From Kiritimatiellia bacterium (GTDB lineage: Bacteria > Verrucomicrobiota > Kiritimatiellia > RFP12 > UBA1067): 56,722 bases of DNA. Below, in pieces: positions 6,230-13,688 of the stretch; position 1 is the first letter of the stretch, and each line of letters begins with the position of its first letter. The position numbers and the translations under genes were made by a program. The stretch is from assembly GCA_045598785.1 (NCBI GenBank), contig JAZLMR010000068.1:1-56722 (forward strand), given 5' to 3'. The notes under the pieces were generated by a model. It did no database searches. It was not told the DNA's origin and saw only the letters and a list, made by a program, of their open reading frames with translations.

Positions 6230-7948
6230 ATGAAGATTACGATTAACGGCAAGGCGATTGAAGTTCCGGCGGGGACGACGATTCTCAACGCGGCGCGGCA
6301 GCACGGGATCATGATTCCCACGCTTTGCTACTGGGAAAAGCTCAACGAGGTTGCGGCTTGTCGCATCTGCGTCGTCGAGGTGAAGGGCAAGGATCGGCTG
6401 GTCGCGGCCTGCAACACCGAAGTCGAGGAGGGCATGGAAGTGCTCGTCAACTCGCAACGGGTGCTGGCGGCGCGCAAGCACAACCTGGCGCTGATCCTCT
6501 CGGGGCACGATTGCCATTGCCCGACCTGCGCCCGCAACGGCAACTGCGCCTTGCAGACGCTGGCGCGCAACTTCAATCTGCTGGAGCAGCCGTTTGCGAC
6601 GCGCCTGGCCAAGAACGCGATGCCGAAGACGCTGCCGCTCGTCCGCACCGATTCGAAGTGCGTGACCTGCCTCAGGTGCGTTAATGTCTGCGACCGCATC
6701 CAGGGCATGAAGGTGTGGGATCTCGTCAATCTCGGCGCGCATGCGCAGGTGGCGGTAGCCGGCGGCAAGTCGCTGACGGACGTCAACTGCACGTTCTGCG
6801 GCCAGTGCATCACCCACTGTCCGGTCGGGGCGCTTCGCGAACGCGACGATACCGAGCGGCTGCTCGCGGCGATTCACGATCCCGAGGTCACGGTGGTGCT
6901 GCAGGTTGCGCCGGCGGTGCGCGCGGCCTGGGGCGACGGGCTGGGGCTTTCGCCGACGATGGCGACTGAAAAGCGCATGGCGGCGGTCTTCAAGCAGCTG
7001 GGCGTCGACTATGTGTTCGACACCAATTTCACCGCCGACCTGACGATCATGGAGGAAGGCAGCGAATTCCTGAAGCTGCTGTCGGAGCCGGCGAAGTTCA
7101 AGCGGCCGCTCTTCACTTCCTGCTGCCCCGGCTGGGTGCGGTTTCTCAAGCTCGAGTATCCCGAGCTGGTGCCGCAGCTGTCGTCGGCCAAGTCGCCGCA
7201 GCAGATGTTCGGCGCAGTGACCAAGACTTATTTCGCCCAAAAGCTCGGAGTGGATCCGAAGCGGATTTTCTGCGTTTCGATCATGCCGTGCACGGCGAAG
7301 AAGTACGAGTGCGACGTCGAGGCGGTCAATTCGTCCGGCGCCGGCAAGGACGTGGACCTGGTGCTGACGACGCGCGAAGTCGACCGGCTGATCGCGAAGC
7401 TGAACATCAATGTCGCGCTGGTGCCCGAGGTGGAGTTCGATTCGCCGCTCGGGACCGGCAGCGGCGCGGGGGTCATCTTCGGCGCGACCGGCGGCGTGAT
7501 GGAGGCGGCGCTGCGGTCGGCTTATTTCCTCGTGGAGGGGAAGAATCCCGATCCCGACGCCTTCCGGGCGGTGCGGGGGCCGGACGGCCGCAAGGAAGTG
7601 ACGGTGACGCTCAAGGGCACGCCGGTCCGCGCGTGCGTGGCGAGCGGGCTGGCGAATGCCCGCAAGGTCGTCGAGGACATCTTGAGCGGCAAGGCGGTTT
7701 ACGATTTCGTCGAGATCATGGCGTGCCCCGGCGGCTGTGCCGGCGGCGGCGGCCAGCCGATCGTCGACGGCTGCGAACTGGCGGAAGAGCGCGGCGGCGA
7801 GCTTTATCGGCTGGACCGCGCCAACCGGCTGCGCTTCTCGCACGAGAATCCGGCGGTGCAGGCGCTCTATTCCGAATTCCTCGGCGCTCCGCTCAGCCAT
7901 AAGGCGCACGAGCTCCTGCATACCGATCAGACCCAGTGGAAGCTTTAA
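6230..7948 (+). CDS. hydA: [FeFe]-hydrogenase catalytic subunit with N-terminal 2Fe-2S and 4Fe-4S ferredoxin domains
   Basis: All three H-cluster motifs are present: FTSCCPGWVRF, IMPCTAKKYE and EIMACPGGCAGGGGQP. The N-terminal 2Fe-2S domain and CxxCxxCxxxC motifs are also present. Confidence 0.92.
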   Translation: MKITINGKAIEVPAGTTILNAARQHGIMIPTLCYWEKLNEVAACRICVVEVKGKDRLVAACNTEVEEGMEVLVNSQRVLAARKHNLALILSGHDCHCPTCARNGNCALQTLARNFNLLEQPFATRLAKNAMPKTLPLVRTDSKCVTCLRCVNVCDRIQGMKVWDLVNLGAHAQVAVAGGKSLTDVNCTFCGQCITHCPVGALRERDDTERLLAAIHDPEVTVVLQVAPAVRAAWGDGLGLSPTMATEKRMAAVFKQLGVDYVFDTNFTADLTIMEEGSEFLKLLSEPAKFKRPLFTSCCPGWVRFLKLEYPELVPQLSSAKSPQQMFGAVTKTYFAQKLGVDPKRIFCVSIMPCTAKKYECDVEAVNSSGAGKDVDLVLTTREVDRLIAKLNINVALVPEVEFDSPLGTGSGAGVIFGATGGVMEAALRSAYFLVEGKNPDPDAFRAVRGPDGRKEVTVTLKGTPVRACVASGLANARKVVEDILSGKAVYDFVEIMACPGGCAGGGGQPIVDGCELAEERGGELYRLDRANRLRFSHENPAVQALYSEFLGAPLSHKAHELLHTDQTQWKL

Positions 7949-7949
7949 G

Positions 7950-9368
7950 ATGAAAATCAATCGTTGGGTAGGCTTGGCGTTACTGGCGGCAGTCGGCTGC
8001 CAGACGGTTCATGACGCGCGTAAGGCGCAACGCGAGCTGGCGCCCCGGGGCGAGGACGCGGTCACGGCTTCGGCGCGGCTGGACTTGCGCGGGCGTTCGC
8101 TGGCGGATCTCGTCGGGTTTGCGATGACCAATCGTCCGGCGGTGGTGTCGGCGCGGCTGGCGGTTGCCGATGCGCGGCTGGCGCTCAAGGCGCTCAAGGC
8201 CGATGCGCCCGTCCTCAGCGACACGCCGTGGACGGCGCCCAAGCTGTCGGCCTCGATCGCCCATCGCGAGTCCAGCGAGGCGGTCAAGCTTGACGACGGC
8301 GACTGGCGCACGGCCGGCAATGCCTCGGGCGCGATCTCGCTCGAACTTTTGGTGTGGGACTTCGGCCGCTATAACGCGCGGGCGGGCGAACAGGCGGAGA
8401 AGGTGGTGGCCGCCGAGACGCAGCTGGCCGAGATCGGTTACACGGTCTTTGGCGAGGTGGCCTCGGCCTACTTCACGTTTCTGGAGCGGTGCTCGCTGCA
8501 GGAGGTCGCCGAGACCAATGTGGTGAATTACGCCGATCATCTCGCACGGGCGGAAGCGCGCGCCGGGGCCGGCGAAGCCTACAAGCTCGACGTGCTCAAG
8601 GCGCGGCTCGACCTGGCGCAGGCGCGGCAGGCGCTGGTCGCCGCCTCGAACCTGGTCGATACCGCCGGCGCGGCGCTGATGAACGCGCTCGGCGTCGAGG
8701 AGACGCGCGGCACCTGCGAGCAGGTGTTCGGACGGCGTCCGGTCGGCATGGACGGCGTTCGGCGCGGCTTTAGGCGCACGGACTTCACGGTGGACGAGGC
8801 GTTTCAGCTCGCCCGCACCAATGCGCCGGCGATCAAGGTCAACCGGGCGCAGCTGCGGGCGGCCTCGAAGGCGGTCGACTATGCGGTGGCGGATCTGCTG
8901 CCGTCGATTTCGGCTTCGGCCTCCTTCAGCTGGTCGGATCCGCTGTGGATGTGGAACTGGGGCGTCTCGGGCGTGCAGTCGCTCTTCCAGGGCTTCCGCA
9001 AGACCACGGCCGTCGACCGCGCGGTGGTGGCGATGAAGCGGGCCTCGGCGACGCTGGACCAGACCGAACAGGAGCTTTCGCTGGAGCTGGAGACGGCCAT
9101 CGCCAATCGCGACAATTCCGTTTCCGCGCTGTTGAGCGCCCAAGCTTCGCAGAAGAGCGCCAAGGAGAACCTGCAGCTGGTGCAGGAGCAGCTGACGCTC
9201 GGCGATGTCAGCCGCATCGAGCTTTCCGAGGCGATCTCCTCGCATTCGAAGGCCATCGGCGACTGCATTTCCGCGTTTTACGACGGGCAGCGGGCGGAGG
9301 CTCGGCTGTTTGCGCTCCTCGGTTCGGAGCCGATTTATCACGAAGAAATCATCAAGGAAGAAAAATGA
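7950..9368 (+). CDS. TolC-family outer membrane efflux protein (lipoprotein signal)
   Basis: MKINRWVGLALLAAVGC lipobox at the ATG 2 nt after the hydA stop. Two-repeat OEP-like coiled sequence. ATGA overlap with the next gene. The upstream extension of the ORF to 7737 overlaps hydA and was not used. Confidence 0.75.
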   Translation: MKINRWVGLALLAAVGCQTVHDARKAQRELAPRGEDAVTASARLDLRGRSLADLVGFAMTNRPAVVSARLAVADARLALKALKADAPVLSDTPWTAPKLSASIAHRESSEAVKLDDGDWRTAGNASGAISLELLVWDFGRYNARAGEQAEKVVAAETQLAEIGYTVFGEVASAYFTFLERCSLQEVAETNVVNYADHLARAEARAGAGEAYKLDVLKARLDLAQARQALVAASNLVDTAGAALMNALGVEETRGTCEQVFGRRPVGMDGVRRGFRRTDFTVDEAFQLARTNAPAIKVNRAQLRAASKAVDYAVADLLPSISASASFSWSDPLWMWNWGVSGVQSLFQGFRKTTAVDRAVVAMKRASATLDQTEQELSLELETAIANRDNSVSALLSAQASQKSAKENLQLVQEQLTLGDVSRIELSEAISSHSKAIGDCISAFYDGQRAEARLFALLGSEPIYHEEIIKEEK

Positions 9369-10612
9369 AGAAGTTAGCCTTAGGTCTGCTGGGTTCGGCT
9401 TTGGCGGCGGCGGTGCTGTCCGGGTGCGGCGAGGGAGCGCCGGGCTTCGGCGGCAAGGAGCTGCCGAAATATCGGCTGGCGCCGATTTCGCGCACCGACA
9501 TCGTCCGCACGGTCGAAGCTACCGGCACGATCCAGCCGGTCAACACCCCGAGCGGAATTCCGGTAGGCGCACAAGTCAACGGGCGCATCATCAAGATGTT
9601 CGTCGACTACAACTCGATGGTGACGAACGGTCAGGTGGTGGCGCTCATCGATCCGCAGGTCTACGAGGCGACCTATCGTAACGCGCTCGGTCAGCTGCAC
9701 GGCAATCAGGCGAACGTGAAGAAGTGCCAGGCGGCGCTGGTGCTGGCCGAAAAGACGCTGGTGCGCAAGCAGAAGCTGTTCGAGAAGAAGATGTGCTCCG
9801 AGGCCGATCTCGACAACGCCATCCAGGCGCGCGACTCGGCGGCGGCGAGCCTCGACAGCGCCAAGGCGTCGGTCGAGCAGAGCGAGGCGTCGGTCAGCAA
9901 GGCCCGCGCCGACCTCGACTATTGCACGATCCGTTCGCCGGTCAACGGCATTGTCCTGGCCCGCAAGGTCGAGGAGGGCGAGACGGTCGTCTCGTCGATG
10001 AACGCGGTGCCGGTCCTGACGATTGCCGAGGATCTGCGCACCATCTGGGTGCAGGCTACCATTCCCGAGTCGGATGTCGGCAACATCAAGGTCGGGCAGA
10101 CGGTGACCTTCACCGCCGACGCCTATCGCCGCAAGTTTACCGGCAGGGTGAAGCAGATCCGGCTGGCGGCCACCACCAGCAACAACGTCGTCACCTATCC
10201 GATCATCATCGAGGCGGAGAATCCGGACGAGATGCTGTTTCCGGGCATGACCGCCACGCTGTCGATTGAGACGGCCCGGGCGGACGAGGCGGTGGTGGTC
10301 AGTGCCGCGGCCTTCCGGTTCCGGCCGAAGGACGAGGACCGGGTCGCCGGCGAGGTGCCGCGCGGCCGCAAGCTGTGGTTCCTCAATGCGTCCGGCAAGC
10401 TGGAACCGGCCGTGGTGGAGCCGGGCATCAGCGACGGCGCCTTCTCGGAAATCAAGAACGGCGATCAGTTTGAGGGCCGCGAGGCGGTGATCGGCTACGA
10501 AACGCCGAAGACGCTCGCGCGCACCGCCGAGCAGGCCACCAATCCCTTCGCGCCCAAGCGCATGAAGCGCGGCACCAAGGGCACCGCTCCCGAACCGAAG
10601 AAACAGCCATGA
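9365..10612 (+). CDS. Efflux transporter periplasmic adaptor subunit (HlyD/MacA family)
   Basis: MKKLALGLLGSALAAAVLSGC lipobox. Barrel-sandwich/coiled-coil layout (GQVVALIDPQ..., ...DYCTIRSPVNGIVL...). Translationally coupled on both sides. Confidence 0.85.
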   Translation: MKKLALGLLGSALAAAVLSGCGEGAPGFGGKELPKYRLAPISRTDIVRTVEATGTIQPVNTPSGIPVGAQVNGRIIKMFVDYNSMVTNGQVVALIDPQVYEATYRNALGQLHGNQANVKKCQAALVLAEKTLVRKQKLFEKKMCSEADLDNAIQARDSAAASLDSAKASVEQSEASVSKARADLDYCTIRSPVNGIVLARKVEEGETVVSSMNAVPVLTIAEDLRTIWVQATIPESDVGNIKVGQTVTFTADAYRRKFTGRVKQIRLAATTSNNVVTYPIIIEAENPDEMLFPGMTATLSIETARADEAVVVSAAAFRFRPKDEDRVAGEVPRGRKLWFLNASGKLEPAVVEPGISDGAFSEIKNGDQFEGREAVIGYETPKTLARTAEQATNPFAPKRMKRGTKGTAPEPKKQP

Positions 10613-11838
10613 ACTTCGGCATGATCTTCAAGGTGGCCATCCTGGCCATCCTGCGCAACAAGACGCGCAGCTTCCTGACCTGCATCGGCATCATCGTCGG
10701 CATTGCGGCGGTGATTGCCGTGCTGGCGATCGGCAAGGGCGCCTCGGCGATGATGGTCAAGGAGATCTCCTCCATGGGCAACAATCTCATGATGATCTGG
10801 CCAGACTGGAACCGCCGCGGGCAGGTCCGCAGCGGCATGGGGGCCGGACAGACGATGACTGCGGCCGATGCCCGCGCCGTCGCCACCGAATTGTCGCATC
10901 TGGTCGCGGCCGTCTCCCCGTCGGTGAATGTTAACAGCCAGCTGATTCACGAGAACAAGAACTGGAGCACCCGGGTGAGCGGGGTTTCCTACGACTTCCC
11001 CGACATCCGCAACTGGCAGATCGGCGAAGGGCGTTTCTTCGAAGAGTCCGAACAGCGTGCCTATTCCCGGGTCTGCGTTATCGGCACGACGGTCAAGTCC
11101 AACCTCTTTGACGAGGATGCCGAGGTCGTCGGCAAGACCATCCGCATCGGGGCGATGCCGTTCAAGGTGATCGGCGTCCTGGAGTCGAAGGGCGCGACCG
11201 GCTGGGGGCAGGATCAGGACGACACGGTGATGGCTCCGTGGACCACGGTTTCGCGGGTGTTGCAGCGCTCGAAGTTCAAGTCCATCAACATGATGAACGT
11301 TTCGCTGCATTCGATGGACGACATTGACGAGGCCAAGCGCGAGATTACCGCGCTCCTCCGTCAGCGGCACAACCTTGCGGACTATCAGGACAATGACTTC
11401 GAGACGCGCGACACCACCGAAATCATGAACACGGTCGGCTCGGTCTCGGGGCTGATGACCGTGCTCCTGACGGCGGTGGCGGCGATTTCGCTCCTGGTCG
11501 GCGGCATCGGCATCATGAACATCATGCTGGTTTCGGTCACCGAGCGCATCAAGGAAATCGGCCTCAGAATGGCGATCGGCGCCTCGCCGGCCAACATCCT
11601 GATGCAGTTCATTTTGGAGGCGGTGGTGCTGTCGACGGTCGGCGGCGCCATCGGGGTGGCACTGGGAATCGGCGCGGCGCAGGCGATTGGCGAAATCAAC
11701 CATTGGCCGATCGAAATCGGAATCGCGAGCACCATCTATTCGTTCCTCTTCTCGGCGTTCGTCGGCATGTTCTTCGGCTTCTATCCTGCGTATCGTGCGT
11801 CGAAACTCAATCCGATTGATTGCTTGCGTTATGAATAG
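10609..11838 (+). CDS. ABC transporter permease, MacB/FtsX type (no fused ATPase domain)
   Basis: N-terminal TM helix ...RNKTRSFLTCIGIIVGIAAVIAV, a large periplasmic domain, and the C-terminal FtsX motif ERIKEIGLRMAIGA. Confidence 0.85.
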   Translation: MNFGMIFKVAILAILRNKTRSFLTCIGIIVGIAAVIAVLAIGKGASAMMVKEISSMGNNLMMIWPDWNRRGQVRSGMGAGQTMTAADARAVATELSHLVAAVSPSVNVNSQLIHENKNWSTRVSGVSYDFPDIRNWQIGEGRFFEESEQRAYSRVCVIGTTVKSNLFDEDAEVVGKTIRIGAMPFKVIGVLESKGATGWGQDQDDTVMAPWTTVSRVLQRSKFKSINMMNVSLHSMDDIDEAKREITALLRQRHNLADYQDNDFETRDTTEIMNTVGSVSGLMTVLLTAVAAISLLVGGIGIMNIMLVSVTERIKEIGLRMAIGASPANILMQFILEAVVLSTVGGAIGVALGIGAAQAIGEINHWPIEIGIASTIYSFLFSAFVGMFFGFYPAYRASKLNPIDCLRYE

Positions 11839-11870
11839 TCGACCTCGGGCAGTTGATTTGCGGAACTCTG

Positions 11871-11879
11871 TGATATAAT
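11871..11879 (+). promoter_or_regulatory. Extended -10 promoter element TGATATAAT, 9 nt upstream of the GH28 start codon
   Basis: TGnTATAAT. There is no SD sequence in the 9-nt gap (aacgaattt) before ATG 11889. Confidence 0.55.
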
Positions 11880-11888
11880 AACGAATTT

Positions 11889-13658
11889 ATGGACAAACGG
11901 TTGACATTGGCTTGGGGATGGGCGCTGGCGGCTTCGTTGGCGTGGGCGATGGAGTATCGGCAGGTGAAGGTCGAAGACGCGCCGTTTGCCATGCCGGCGA
12001 TTCCGGAATGCGTCTTTCCGGCGCGCGACTTTTCCATTGTGGATTTCGGCGCCCGGCCGGGAGTGAAGTGCACCGAGGCCTTGGCCCGGGCGATGGCGGC
12101 TTGCGAGGCGGCCGGCGGCGGGCGGGTGGTGGTGCCGGACGGCTCTTGGATTACCGGCGCCATCCGTTTCCGCTCGAACTGCAACTTGCACCTGGCGGCG
12201 GGCGCAATCATTGAATTTACCGACGATCCCGCCGACTACCCGGTGGTGCATACGACTTGGGAAGGCGTCGAATGCCTGAATCTTTCGCCGCTGGTCTTCG
12301 CCTACGAGGTCGAGAACATCGCGATCACCGGCCAGGGGCTTTTTCGGCCGAAGATGGATCGCTGGCGCTCCTGGTTCACGCGGCCGCCGGCGCATCTTTA
12401 TGCCACCGAATGCCTCTATCACTGGTGCTCGACCAATGCGCCGATGGCCGCCCGCGACGTGACCGCGATCAAGGGTTCCAACGTTCGGCCGCATCTCATT
12501 CAGATCAACCGGGCGAAGAACGTGCTGCTGGACGGCTTCCGCATTAAGGAGTCGCCGTTCTGGATGATTCATCTCTATCATAGCGAAAACTGCATCGTCC
12601 GCAATCTTGACACTTGCGCCCACGGGCACAACAACGACGGCGTCGATGTCGACATGACGAAGAACGTGCTGATTGAAAAGTGCCGTTTCGACCAGGGTGA
12701 CGACGGCATCTGCCTCAAGGCGGGCCGGAACGCCGATGCCTGGCGGCTTAACCGTCCGACGGAGAACGTGGTCGTCCGCGACTGCGACCTGGTGCGCTCC
12801 CATTCGCTCCTGGGAATCGGTTCGGAATTGTCCGGCGGCATCCGCAACGTCTGGATGACGCGGTGCAAGGTGCAGTCTACCGGCGGCGCCGTCCGCATCA
12901 AGACCAACCGCCGCCGCGGCGGTTTTGTCGAGAATATCTACCTTGACCACTGTCAGGCCGGCGACCTCACCTGGGTGTTCGGGCTGGGAACGGACGTGCT
13001 CTTTCAATGGAAGGCGTTTCCCGATTACGAGCTGCGCTATACGCGCATTCGCAACATCAACATCTCCGACTTGACTTGCGACGAGGTGCGGGTGGCCTTT
13101 GACGTGCAGGGCGACCGCCATCTGCCGGTCGAAGGCCTGCATTTCCGCAATATTTCCATCAATCGCGTCGGCAAGGCCTTCAGCGACATCAAGAACTGCT
13201 CGGACATTACCTTTGACAACGTTCGGCTGGCGCCGGCAGATCCGGACTACCGGCCGCCGGAAGTCGAGCTGATGCCGATCGACGATCGGTTTGACAGTCT
13301 TTCGCCGGCCCACGCGGCGGCGGTGAAGTTCCTTAACGATCCGAAGCTCAAGACCTTGGGCGACGGGCGCTATGAGCTCGGCGGCGGGGCGTTTGCGGAA
13401 ATCGGCATGTGGACTTGCCGCAATTTCAACCGCGACGTCGAGTTCAAGGACGAGCCCGACTATGACACTTTCGTCGCTTATCTCGATCCGCTTGAAGGCG
13501 AGCGCTTCTTTGTCGGCAAATACGCCAAGGAAATGAGCGTCTGGGGCGACTATTACATTTTCTTCCCGGCGGGGCTTCGCCGTGCCGAGCAGCTGACTAA
13601 TCGCGATGATTACGAGGCGCGGCGGATTACGGTGAAGGTGCCGGTGGCGAAGAAGTGA
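11889..13658 (+). CDS. Glycoside hydrolase family 28 (polygalacturonase/rhamnogalacturonase-like), secreted
   Basis: GH28 motifs GHNNDGVDVD, QGDDGICLKAG, SLLGIGSE and VRIKTN, plus a signal peptide. Confidence 0.85.
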   Translation: MDKRLTLAWGWALAASLAWAMEYRQVKVEDAPFAMPAIPECVFPARDFSIVDFGARPGVKCTEALARAMAACEAAGGGRVVVPDGSWITGAIRFRSNCNLHLAAGAIIEFTDDPADYPVVHTTWEGVECLNLSPLVFAYEVENIAITGQGLFRPKMDRWRSWFTRPPAHLYATECLYHWCSTNAPMAARDVTAIKGSNVRPHLIQINRAKNVLLDGFRIKESPFWMIHLYHSENCIVRNLDTCAHGHNNDGVDVDMTKNVLIEKCRFDQGDDGICLKAGRNADAWRLNRPTENVVVRDCDLVRSHSLLGIGSELSGGIRNVWMTRCKVQSTGGAVRIKTNRRRGGFVENIYLDHCQAGDLTWVFGLGTDVLFQWKAFPDYELRYTRIRNINISDLTCDEVRVAFDVQGDRHLPVEGLHFRNISINRVGKAFSDIKNCSDITFDNVRLAPADPDYRPPEVELMPIDDRFDSLSPAHAAAVKFLNDPKLKTLGDGRYELGGGAFAEIGMWTCRNFNRDVEFKDEPDYDTFVAYLDPLEGERFFVGKYAKEMSVWGDYYIFFPAGLRRAEQLTNRDDYEARRITVKVPVAKK

Positions 13659-13688
13659 CAGGGCCAAGTGCAAGTGAAAGGAAAGACT

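Noticed and set aside
7737-7949. Upstream extensions of track ORFs: TolC-like from 7737, MacA-like from 8945, peptidase from 36983, rpiB::glyA from 44408, CE15-GH31 from 13668.
   Set aside because: The extensions overlap the preceding well-supported genes and encode Arg/Ala-rich junk. Downstream ATGs give proper signal peptides or lipoboxes or canonical N-termini, and coupled start/stop overlaps.
4355-7960. 1201-aa ORF on the minus strand. Similar giant minus-strand ORFs lie at 11829-16706 (1625 aa), 18022-22293 (1423 aa), 30805-35007 (1400 aa), 41520-43952 (810 aa) and elsewhere.
   Set aside because: They are antisense to + strand genes with unambiguous catalytic motifs (HydA, GH28, GH2, QueA, MnmA). 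Their translations are Arg/Pro/His/Gly-rich low-complexity strings with no motifs. This is the usual stop-poor antisense frame of GC-rich coding DNA.
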